A DNA stretch of 64,000 bases from Octopus vulgaris (Eukaryota): the NCBI GenBank assembly GCA_951406725.2, contig OX597832.1, positions 65,720,001-65,784,000 on the forward strand, read 5' to 3'. Made by a program: the position numbers and the translations under genes. Below the pieces are notes generated by a model. It made no database searches. It had not been told where the DNA came from and saw nothing but the letters and a program-made list of their open reading frames with translations. Positions 52,064 to 64,000 of this stretch are shown piece by piece (position 1 is the stretch's first letter; every line of letters begins with the position of its first letter).

Positions 52064-54931
52064 GGAATCAATTAGGTTTAGCAAAGAATTAGCGGTAGAT
52101 CGAAATAGAGTAGAGAGAGACCTGGTTAAGAAACTAGAAGAGGCACTTACCACTGGCAGCGCAATCAACGTGCTGGCTGCGAGGATGGCCCTCGACCAAC
52201 ACCTCAACGCCAAGCACGAAGGTTACGTCGTCAGAGCTAAAATGCGTGCCTTAAGGAACGAAGGGATCGAAGCTGCGCGAGAGGCCCGGGTAGCGGAGGC
52301 GCAGCGTGGCAACAGAGCCACCATCCGGTCTCTATTAGATCAACAGGGATGCAGTTTACTCGAACCCGAAAGGATGTGTGAGGCCTTTCAACAGCACTTT
52401 GCTCAACTGTTTGGTGCGAGTGGTGGGTCGGAACGCGGGATAGATCTCAGTGCCTACCTGACCGACCTGCCGCGGCTCTCGGCAAGAGAAGCGGAGTGTT
52501 GTGAAAGTCCCATCACAGCCGCTGACGTGCGTGATGCGATGGCGGGCTGCGCGAGGGATAAGTCGCCTGGATTGGATGTTTTACCCTACGAGCTCTATAA
52601 TCAAATGCCAGACTTGTTTGGCGACCTCTTGGCATCAGTCTACTGCAACTGGCAACAAAACGGGAGAATCCCCAGTTTCGTGAGCCGAGGTGCAGTGACG
52701 TTGCTGAAGAAAGACCCAACAAGGGGAATTTTATTGATAATTCCAGGCCCATCACTCTGCTCAACGCAGATTTGAAAATTTTGGCCAAAGTAATAGCCGA
52801 GAGGTTGGCGCTTGTCATTGGTAAACTGGTCGACAGGGCGCAAACATGCGCCGTGCAGGGCAGAACCATACATGACAACCTCCATCTGATGCGCTACATT
52901 GTGGACAGGGTAGTTAAGCACCCTGGCATGGGTGGGGCGCTGATCAATTTGGATCAGTCTAAAGCCTTCGATAGGGTCGACCATCGGTACTTGGCGGCCG
53001 TCCTCAGGGCGGCTGGCTTCGGTCCCGTCTTCCGCGGTTGGATCGTTGCCTTGTATAGCGGCATCCGATCGGTGATTCGGGTGAACGGCCACCTGTCGAA
53101 ACCGTTTGACTTCACGCGTTCGGTCCGTCAGGGTTGTCCCCTGTCGGCGCTTCTATATGTATTGACTTTCGAGCCGCTACTGCGGAAGCTGGCGACACTT
53201 AGGGGCATCCCACAGGAACTGGGTTGCGGGACGAGCGTGTCGACATATGCGGACGATATCATCGTCATAGTGTCGAGCGAAAAACACATCCAGATGATAG
53301 GCGAGACACTAAGAAAATACGAAACGGTGACGGGAGCGAAGTTTAACCCGGAAAAGTCAGTGGGTTTGCTACTCGGCACCTGGAGAAGCAAGCCCATGCC
53401 GTCCGAGTGCGGCTCAGTAGTGGGACGCTGGACAGACGGACCGGTTAAATTGCTCGGGGTCTAGTTCAGTCCGGACCTCCAAATGGATAAGAACAGGGAC
53501 GAGATCACGAGTAGAGTGGTCGCTCTCAGCCAAACATGGGCCGAGAGAATGCTGTCTCTAAAAGGTCGGGCGGAGGTGGCGAACGTGTACATCGCATCTG
53601 TCATCGATTATCTCCTGACCGTCGTGCTTTGTCCCGACGCCACCATCACCAAACTAGAACGCATACTTTTCCGCTTCCTGTGGAAGGGTGGCATTCCAAT
53701 GGTGAGGAGGTCCATTTGCTGTCATTATCCGTTGAATGGAGGACTAGGCATGCCGTGGTTGATGATGCGCAGGCATGCGCTGAGACTGCGACATCTCCAG
53801 AACTTCATCGATGACGGTGAACAGGTGTGGGCGCCGTGTGGGAGGCGCGCCTTCCCGCAGTTCGTCTCACTGACCGAACTGCAAACGTGGATCAGGAAGA
53901 GACCGAAACTGGGCGATTGGCACCGTGAGTGATGCCAAGCTCTACGGCAGCTCTCCCGACCGGGGTCAAACTTGTGCAACTTACAAACGACTAAACCGTG
54001 TTATAGAGGACTAGTGGAGGGGAGGTCCGACGACACACTCGGGGCAAACATGGGCGTCGACGAGAAATTCCTAACCCGCCTGTTCAGGACGACGTTCGGG
54101 CCGGGACCTATGGATAACTACCAGAAATCCCTGGCTTGGCAATGCTATCGAGACGCACTACCTGTTCGAGAAAAGAGCTACAGGCACGGTTCGAAAACCA
54201 TCACCGGACCGACCTGCCCGAGATGCGGTCAGAGCGATGAAACCGTTCTGCACACACTCGTGCAGTGTCCAGATATTTCAGAGCTGTGGACCTTCGTCGA
54301 ACAGCTGTTGTCGCGTGTAGGACGGGTCCGCTTATCGGCCGAGTTTATCGTGAATATTGTTCCACCACCTTCCTTTAAACGGGAAGGGAAAACAGTTTTC
54401 GTTACGCTGATGGCTATGGCGAAAGAATGTGTGTGGTGGACGCGTTTGAAAGCCCTGCAAACAAACACCTTCCTCTCTGATCAGTCTCTCGTCAACTTTT
54501 TCAAGTACCACTTGAAAAGGAGGATGAGAATAGAGAGGAAGGCTTTGTTAGAACGAATGTTTTAACAAAAAGTTGGTAAAAGTGGCAAAAATGGTCAGTA
54601 TGAAAGACGACACTATTTTAAGCGTAAATCTGTGACCAAAAGAGACAAGGAGAGGTAAGGTGACTTACTCATGTGTTCATTTTCGAACTGCCTGAGGTGA
54701 CCTTGGTCTTTTTTGTAGGTTTTTCTTTCCAGGGCTACACCTAAACTGTGAAATTTACTTATATATATATATATTATATTTTTATACACCACGCAACCCA
54801 CAGATCCCTATTGATCGAACCTTTTTTTTCTTTGTATGTCCCACCCATCCCACCTCGAAAAGAAAAATGCTCTACATTGTATTTCGTCCATTTTTATTCT
54901 GTGTTTAGACCTGTGTGGCCACAATAAAAAG
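52064..54931 (+). mobile_element. 5'-truncated Tx1/L1-clade non-LTR retrotransposon (ORF2 RT + C-terminal CCHC), disrupted
   Basis: KSPGLD..PYELY, LDQSKAFDRV, VRQGCPLS, YADD, GGLG and CPRC...ETVLH...C. AATAAA at 54923. Both ends sit in (CTAT)-type sequence. Confidence 0.92.
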
Positions 54932-55069
54932 TTATCTATGAATCTATCTGTAAATATATCTCTCTGTGTATCAATTTTATTTTTGTATCTATTTATCTCT
55001 GTGCCTTCTCTCTGTCTTTCTTTCTCTCTTTCTCTCTATCTATATACCTACCTAATTACCTACTTCTCT

Positions 55070-55910
<841 letters not shown>

Positions 55911-56250
55911 ATAGATAGTTAGGTAGATAAAATGGATAAAATTATTGTTACCAAATAGCCCCAATAATAATATCAGTGGACAGTATGCAATTATAAATCA
56001 TTGAGGTAAAAATTGAGATTTATAGTTTTGTATAAAAATATATAATCTCAATGAAGGGTACTTTGAAATTGTACCAAAGTGCTAGAGACAGAAGTCAAAA
56101 AGTATGTAAACCACCTGTTTCACGCTACCGCTCAGGCGAATGGAGCAATATAATAAATCCCATCTTTAAAGGATAAATAGATAATACCATATCGATCGAT
56201 TCCAGACCCTCCTCAGCGATACATACCATATATTTACATACATATACATA

Positions 56251-58219
56251 ACTGGAGATCTCATCAGGGATCAAGGCAAGCAAATGGATAGATAGGTGGA
56301 GCACTACCAGGATCTCTACTCACGGGAGACCACAGTGGCTGAGGCTGCAGTCGAGAGTGTCAAGATCTTGCCAGTCATGTGCGAACTTGACAGTCCGCCA
56401 TCTATAGCAGAGCTCACCAAGGCTGTTGACTCCCTAGCAAGAAATAAGGCTCCGGGAAAAGACGGCAACCCCTCAAAGATAATCAAAGCCGGCAAAAACA
56501 CCATCCTGCTTCGGCACCTTCATGAGCTTCTGTGTCAGTGCTGGGAACAGGGTACAGTCCCTCAGGATATGCAGGATGCTAACATCATTACGCTTTACAA
56601 AAACAAAGGTGACCATAGTGATTGTAACAATTACCGTGGTATATCCCTTCTAAGCACTGTTGGAAAGACCTTTGCCCGCGTTATCCTGGCCAGGCTACAA
56701 CTACTTGCTTCTCGAATCTATCCGGAATCGCATTGTGGCTTTAGAAGAAGCAGATTAACTATCGATATGATATTCTCCATACGCCAACTTCAGGAGAAGC
56801 CCAGAGAGCAGAAAATGCCATTATATATTGCCTTCATTGATCTAACAAAGGCTTTTGACTCGGTAACAGAGCAGGCCTCTTCATCCTGCTCCAAAAAATC
56901 GGATGTCCACCAAAGCTGCTGAGGATCATCAAGTCTTTCCATGATGACATGTAAAGCACCATACAGCACAACGGTTCAACATCAGCCGCCTTCCAAATAA
57001 AAAACGGGGTAAAGCAAGGCTGTGTCCTCGCTCCTACATTGTTTGGCATCTTCTTCTCACTCTTACTTTCACATGCCTTTCAGACATCAGATGATGGAGT
57101 GTTTCTGCACAGTAGAAGTGACGGGAACCTGTTCAATCTCTCGCGCCTGCGTGCCAAGACCAAAATCAGAAACGTCAAGGAGATGTTATTTGCTGATGAT
57201 GCCGCTCTGGTAACACACACAGAAGAAGCCCTCCAAAGGCTCATTAACTGCTTTGAGCAAGCATGTAACGACTTTGGCTTAGCTATCAGCCTTAAGAAGA
57301 CCAACATCATGGGCCAGGCTACATCGGACATCCCAAACATACATATTGGAGACCTCAGATTACAAGAGGTGGAGAAGTTTACTTATCTGGGCTCTACCGT
57401 CACCTACAACATATCCCTTGACGCTGAGCTCAATATACGCATTGGCAAGGCAGCTGCTGCGATGGCCCAACTCTCCAAACGGGCTTGGGGCAACAATAAG
57501 CTGACCAAGACCATAAAAATGAAGATCCACCAGGCATGTGTACTCCGCTCTCTACTGTATGGAAGCGAGACCTGGACGCTATACACACGCCAAGAGCGTC
57601 GCCTAAACATCTTTCACCTGCGCTGCCTCCGAAAAATCCTCCGCATCAAATGGCAGAATCATATCCCCAACAAAGATGTCCTCAGGCAAGCAGGAATACC
57701 AAGCATGTTTGCACTCCTCACACAAAGACGTATGAGATGGCTTGGGCATGTTAGCCGTATGAAATATGGCAGAATCCCCAAGGACATACTCTACGGAGAG
57801 CTTGCTAGGGGTACTAGGTCTGTGGGTAGACCGATCTTACGTTACAGGGATGTTTGCAAAAGGGATATGAAGGCCTGCAACATCAATATTAGCGGTTGGG
57901 AGGCAGTTGCCGGCAACCGTGGAGAATGGTGACGTACAGTAAAAGAGGGAATACAAAAGAGTGACAGATAGAGAGAGGAGAAATGGAAAGAAAGGAAGAG
58001 ACGTAAACAAGAGACTATGGCACTACAACCAGCCAGGAACAGTCTTCGCTACATCTGCGGTACCTGCCAGAGGGAGTGTTTGTCCAGGTTAGGACTACAC
58101 AGTCACAGCAGGAAGTGTATCAGGACATGAAATATAAAAGCCGGACTAGACTACAAAAAAAAACAAAAAAACACATGCGCAACTCCATTGTCTCCCGAGA
58201 CAGAAAGGATGCCAATACA
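56251..58219 (+). mobile_element. 5'-truncated RTE-BovB-type LINE, disrupted
   Basis: NYRGISLLS, FIDLTKAFD, GVKQGCVLAPTLF, LFADDAAL, LLYGSETW, RWLGHV and a C-terminal C2H2-like CGTC..HSH. Candidate TSD ATACATATACATA at 56238-56250 and 58220-58232 (low complexity). Confidence 0.95.
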
Positions 58220-58418
58220 ATACATATACATAGACATACATATACATACATCCACACGCATATACACGGGGCAACTCAATTCACCCATCTCACCTGAGCA
58301 ACAGAGTAAAATAGAGTTTAGAATCTTATTCATATATATTTCTAGCGTGTTGTTACTTTTTCTAAGTACCCTTGATTGTGATTGTATATTTTTACATATG
58401 ATTATAAATTTCTCGCTC

Positions 58419-58461
<43 letters not shown>

Positions 58462-58502
58462 GTCTGTCTGTCTATCTGTCTGTCTCTCTCTATGTATACA
58501 CA

Positions 58503-58563
<61 letters not shown>

Positions 58564-60265
58564 TCACACATGTAAAATACTGTGTATGAGTTTTGATTAT
58601 GACATTTATATGTTTAAGCATAATTGAGCTGAAAAAAGGAAGGTGTGCAGAATGCCTTTCAGCTCTTTCATGAACAGATGCGCATCTGGTGTATTTCCCT
58701 GCAAACGAAAATAGTCTTTCCATATAGTAGTGGCCTTTCCTTACTACAGTCCTTTAGGGATCACACCATTTCGTGTTCACTAAAGCCTTCCACTAATTTT
58801 CCGCTTCATTCTCTCTCCAATAAAGAAACTGTTGGTTACTAATAACCTCGCCAAGTGTCTACTTCATTTTCTCTCCGAAAATGGAATATGCCGCTCCCAT
58901 ATGGACAGTTCATCGTAGTTTGGAGATAAATGCACCATCTGTGCATGACAATCTTCAAATCTTACCTTCTTTCTGGTTTTGTTTTTTATATTCTAATCGA
59001 TTGTAAACCACTCAGAAATTATGAATAGAGATATAAACACCATAATTTAACCCGACTCCAGCAATCAAATGTTACTGGAAGTTGCTATCAAGATAATTAA
59101 TTTTCTGCAGTATTACATATTTTTGAGGTTGTGCATCAATCTTCATTTCTCCTTTCGTATATTTATTTCGGGTGTTGTGAAATTTGCAAATTCTAAATAT
59201 GCTCCAGCAGCAACTCTTGAACTTTCAAATTATGTTAACCATCTCGCGTTTTCTATTTATTACTATAATGTCAAGTATTGCTTATGGTGTATACCCCTTC
59301 GCATTCATCTTATTTTTAACCTTCTTGAAATACGTAAGATTGAAACTTATATAACAGGGCAAGAGTTGGACAGGTTTAGATATTGCTCCGGTGTAGTTAT
59401 GCATACTAATAAAAACTTGTGCAATTCTTTAAAAAATGTGACCATTTTAGATAACGACTTCGGTATATTTCGCAAAATATATTTCATACGCATTTCTTTC
59501 TTTAATCATAAATCTCCTGGATAAAATTCAGTAATTCAAAAAATACCGCCCCCCCCCCCAAAAAAAAAGAGTGATATGTTTGATGCTAAATCTTTAAATT
59601 TATGTTTTCCATTTTTGCTCCACTATGACCTCCTATTTGTTAGCAAACTGATTGTTTCTAATTTCTTTGAATTACCAATAGCGTTTCCTTTTTATTTGTT
59701 ACCGAATATTAATTCAAAATTCTCAAGGCAAAATGTAGCATGATGAAGATAAACACGGCATGCGTGAACAATGAGAACATGCGAGGTAACTAAATGATTC
59801 AATGAGCGTAACAACATGCAAGCCCACAATATTGGTGCACGTTGCGGTAATTGAACTTTTCATTCATTCATTACGCAGGTTTATCATGTTTTACTCAATT
59901 CACTTCCAGCTTTCTATTTTCTAATTTATTATTATTTTTAATTTAATATCATTAACGAGAAATAGAGGAAAGAATAGATAGATTTAGGCATGCATGTTGT
60001 ATACAGCAGATGTACACACATGCAGACATACATATGCGCACATATACATGTTTAAATGGGTACAAATATGTATATACACATGTATACATCTCTCTCAATA
60101 CACATACATACATTTAAGATTAGTAGAGTTAGATACTGGAATCACCGTCTAAGGGGCAGATATATTCGTTTTACTACTGGTATAAATACCTATGTTAACC
60201 CTGGGCATAAATATGCAAGCATAATATACCCATATACTCATTTCTCCATTTTCTGTTTGCTTTAT

Positions 60266-60324
<59 letters not shown>

Positions 60325-60365
60325 ACATTTCCATGTACACTCATACATACACACACAAACAGACA

Positions 60366-60436
<71 letters not shown>

Positions 60437-61234
60437 TATACGCACACAATTATGTATCGAGAGGCAGACTCTGAAAAACACCGAACAACATCAGTAAAGT
60501 AGATGTATATTGGTGTAGCTTAACTCCAATTTAATATGTGACTCTTAATTAAACGACTTGGAGAACGCAATGTAAACGTTTATCCACTGATAAGATTTTA
60601 ATTATAAAAAGCCCCTAAAATCCTAAGTCCGATCATGCGTTATTTTCTTCCCCCCTCGTCAATCTATTTTACATCAGTTGTGGTCCCCACACTTTCACAA
60701 TGTGCTTCATTGACTCTATATCAGCCTTACTCTATTCAATACCGCCCTAATCCCTAGCTTACAGTGCTTTGCATCACTCTTTTCTTTACTAATAATCGAT
60801 TCTTCATACATCATATTCAAACGACACCATGCATTCTCTTTTTACAGCGTGGAATACAATATGATTTCCTTCGCCTAATGTAATTTAACCAATTAGTATG
60901 TTTAAGTGAGAAAGCTGACTTCTAATGTAACATTGCTGGCTTGTTCATTGACTTGCATGTGTCATTCGATTGTTGCCCGGCAAATCCTAATTTCTATACT
61001 AAATTTCTATAGAGCTTTATATCGATACAATGCAGGCATTTCGGCGAAATCTTTATAGGATTGTCCTATGACGCCATAGGAGGAGATTATTAAATAATTA
61101 TAAAATGCTTCTTAGTAAATATTTATGTTAACTTTATCTCATTAGTTTCTACAGATGAACAACGATTCATATTACCGTTTGCAGAGATCATGCAAAATTA
61201 CTGAACATTCAATATTCATTTGGTTATATTTCAT

Positions 61235-61395
61235 CAGCCGCTACGTTCTGAGTTCAAATTCCGACGAGATCGACTTTTCTTTTCATACTTTCGAGGTCGA
61301 TTAGATAAGTATCAGTTACGCACTGAGGGTCGATGTAATCAACTTAATACCTTTGTCTGTTTTCCCCCCTTGTGGGCAATAAAGAAATAAATATT
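61235..61395 (+). mobile_element. SINE family C
   Basis: GCCGCTACGTTCTGAGTTCAAATTCC...TTTCGAGGTCGATTAGATAAGTA. Confidence 0.8.
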
Positions 61396-61732
61396 CACAT
61401 GATTACTCTAATAGCTGGAAATGGCACACAAATATCCCTTAACTTATTTTGAATGCTATTAAAGGAGAACGAAAACATTATTTCATGCAGTTTACACTCC
61501 TTATATATAAGTGTAGTTTACTCAACGTTATACATTGAGAGTAGGTGAGCTAAGTCGAGACAAACCATGTGTTAGTCATGCGATCCTTTGTCTCTGTAAC
61601 TTTATGAAATAAATGAGAACGCTCATCGGAATTGGTTACATTTTGTTAGATCAGTTTAAATCAGCAACATTTTCCGGTCAAACATGCGATACAACTCCAT
61701 CTTATATATATATATATATATATACATACATA

Positions 61733-62912
61733 TATCTATAAAATAATTTGTTACAATTACTCAATAGACAGGATAAAACTCTGAGTTTTAGATGCCGAAG
61801 TGGAAATCCACAACACCATCTCTTCGGTTATCTGGCCATCTGAAAAAACGCTATGAAAAAATACCGTTATATAAAGGGAAATTATTGTGTTATAGTTCTG
61901 CTACTTATATAAAATAAGATTAAAATTTCATAGTCTAGTCATACGCTCACATGTGCGCTCGCGGACCCACGTGCGTACTTTATACGTCACTATGAAAACG
62001 TACACATCTTCACTCGCATTTTTCGCCAAATATATACGCATATATATACAAACTCATACACACACACATGCGTACCGTAAAAGTTCATACATACGTCTAT
62101 ATACGCACAAGCACAAGAAAAGCAATGGTTAAAAATAACAGAAAAAAAACAAGGAAGTATACAAAGCATAAAGACCACGTTCATATACGGACATGCCCTT
62201 ATGCACTCATACACATACGCCCATATATGTACATACCCGCATATGTTTATATACGCATACACACACACGCATATACAGAAAATGAATATACATATGCCCC
62301 CCCCCAACCCCCCCTAAATAAATGAAAAAATACTAAGTAAAAACGTCTATATATATATGCATTCTTATGCCCGCACACACGCACGTATCTAAACCACCCA
62401 CTCATACATATTCACACACGTGTACAAATGAAACTATATACACGTCTATATAGGCACAGGAATAAATGCAGGATAGAAAAGTACAGAAAAATACAGAAAA
62501 AATTATCATGTGTGAAAATATAAAAATATATGAAATGATAAAAGGTATAATGAGATAAAAAACCTTTTGGGACATAATATAGAAAGCAAGTTATAAGTAC
62601 GCACGTGGGTCCGCGAGCGCACATGTGAGCGTATGACTAGGCTATGAAATGTTAATCTTATTTTATATAACTAGCAGAATTATAACACAGTAATTTCCCT
62701 TTATATAACGGTATTTTTTCATAGCGTTTTTTCAGATGGGCAGATAACCGAAGAGATGGTGTTGTGGATTTCCACTTTTGCATCTGAAACTCAGAGTTTT
62801 ATCTTGACTATTGAGTAATCGTAGCATATTATTTTATAGATAAATTTCCTCTATTTACATAATATTGAGGTCTCTTTCTTACTTTTGTTATCTTACCGTT
62901 TTTACCAATATA
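61733..62912 (+). mobile_element. Fold-back element 5 (about 250-bp arms 61733-61984 / 62592-62842, about 607-bp spacer, unique tail to 62912) within (TA)n
   Basis: CTAGTCATACGCTCACATGTGCGCTCGCGGACCCACGTGCGTACTT is mirrored exactly, and pairing continues along the whole arm. Confidence 0.93.
62743..62803 (+). ncRNA. Type I hammerhead-ribozyme-like motif (U4C core variant)
   Basis: GAUAA-CCGAAGA-GAUG...CAUCU-GAAAC-UCAGA-GUU/UUAUC. Perfect 5-bp stem I and near-palindromic stem III (AACUC-A-GAGUU). Mirror copy at 61772-61832 (-) has AAAAC instead of GAAAC. Confidence 0.6.
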
Positions 62913-62915
62913 GAT

Positions 62916-63000
<85 letters not shown>

Positions 63001-63827
63001 GCTGCTGCATCATTGTTGCCGTTACTACTTGTGCATAAGCACAGAATCATGGGATATGCTTATAGTGATGTTTACTTGTAGCAAACTGTATTAGCGTTGC
63101 AAGGTCTGCGGTTTTGTCTGTGAACTAATCCATATTCTCACGAGTTCATTGCATATTGGTCTTAACACAACATCATACATAATTAACTATATTTTTTTTC
63201 GCAGAGAGCTTTCTGTTGCAAACATTCGGAGCGAATTCTCATACAAAGAACAATTTGCATGTATACTAACTTCTACCTATCAACCATTTCCCTCCTAATT
63301 AACTACGAATACGAAAAGAACAGAATAAAAATAAATGAACACTAGAGCAGAACATTAATACATCACCGTAAAGGCTATTGAAAGAAATACGTCCTGCAGT
63401 TACAAAAATGCTGCTAATTATCAAGGGAACTATGTAATCTATTTCATCCAAACGAATATAACAACAAAAAGATGAGGACAACTATCCGTCAAATGTAAAT
63501 AATGTAAATAATGTATATGTATTTTCAAAATATAGCCTCGTGCACCATGGAATTTCTGGAGACAGATACAACGATGAATGCAAAGTATCATTCGTGACAC
63601 TTGTGAGCTGTAAGTGATGAACTTGCTCCGCCGACGCACTACCTGGGACTTACCTTAAGACAAGGCATGAATACTGCGTTTGATGACTACTTTGTAAACC
63701 TTAATTCAACTTTACATATATATATATATATAAATTGAGGCTGATTCGTTGGTGTAAATGTAACACACTTGGTTGCGTTAACAAAGGGTTCGCCTCCAGC
63801 GCGGATAGAAAAGCCTTCATTTTTATA

Positions 63828-63995
63828 GGCGTAGGAGGGAGTGGCTGTGTGGTAATTAGCTTGCTTACCAACCACATGGTTCCGGGTTCAGTCCCACTGC
63901 GTGGCAACGTGGGCAAATTTCTTCTTTTATAGCCTCGGGCCGACCACATCCTTCTGAATGGATTTGATAGACGGAAACTGAAGGCAGCCCGTCGT
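63828..63995 (+). mobile_element. SINE family A, near complete
   Basis: A-box TGGCTGTGTGGTAA, B-box GGGTTCAGTCCC, body ending GACGGAAACTGAAGGCAGCCCGTCG. Confidence 0.88.
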
Positions 63996-64000
63996 ATGTT

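Noticed and set aside
51855-52775. 306-aa ORF as a mariner-LINE fusion protein
   Set aside because: Chance read-through from the mariner end across (CTAT)n into a truncated Tx1 ORF2 that is frameshifted downstream.
58650-59524. 151-aa ORF and faint RTE-like minus-strand motifs
   Set aside because: The AT-rich ORF has no domain signature and the motifs are too decayed.

Overview
AT-rich eukaryotic DNA saturated with microsatellites and transposons. The SINE repertoire and repeat texture point to a coleoid cephalopod, probably Octopus (inference). No intact host protein-coding gene is supported; most listed ORFs are translated microsatellites. Recognisable relics are R4/Dong-type RLE retrotransposons nested in (AAT)n, a Tx1/L1-clade element in (CTAT)n, an RTE-BovB LINE, a CR1/L2-group fragment, a degenerate Penelope-like element (PLE; RT + GIY-YIG), two near-full-length mariners, a Tc1/mariner deletion derivative, a hAT fragment, non-autonomous Helitrons and four SINE-type families. 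The most unusual structure is a set of six fold-back elements (arms about 50-320 bp), each beside (TA)n or (CA)n microsatellites. Each has one arm continuing into a unique tail. Three carry hammerhead-ribozyme-like motifs (CUGANGA...GAAAC, palindromic stem III, GUH) pointing outward from the fold. Two belong to the same family but fold at different positions. These are best read as non-autonomous PLE/retrozyme-like elements formed by cDNA self-priming. All alignments and folds were done by eye, and boundaries of degenerate elements are approximate.
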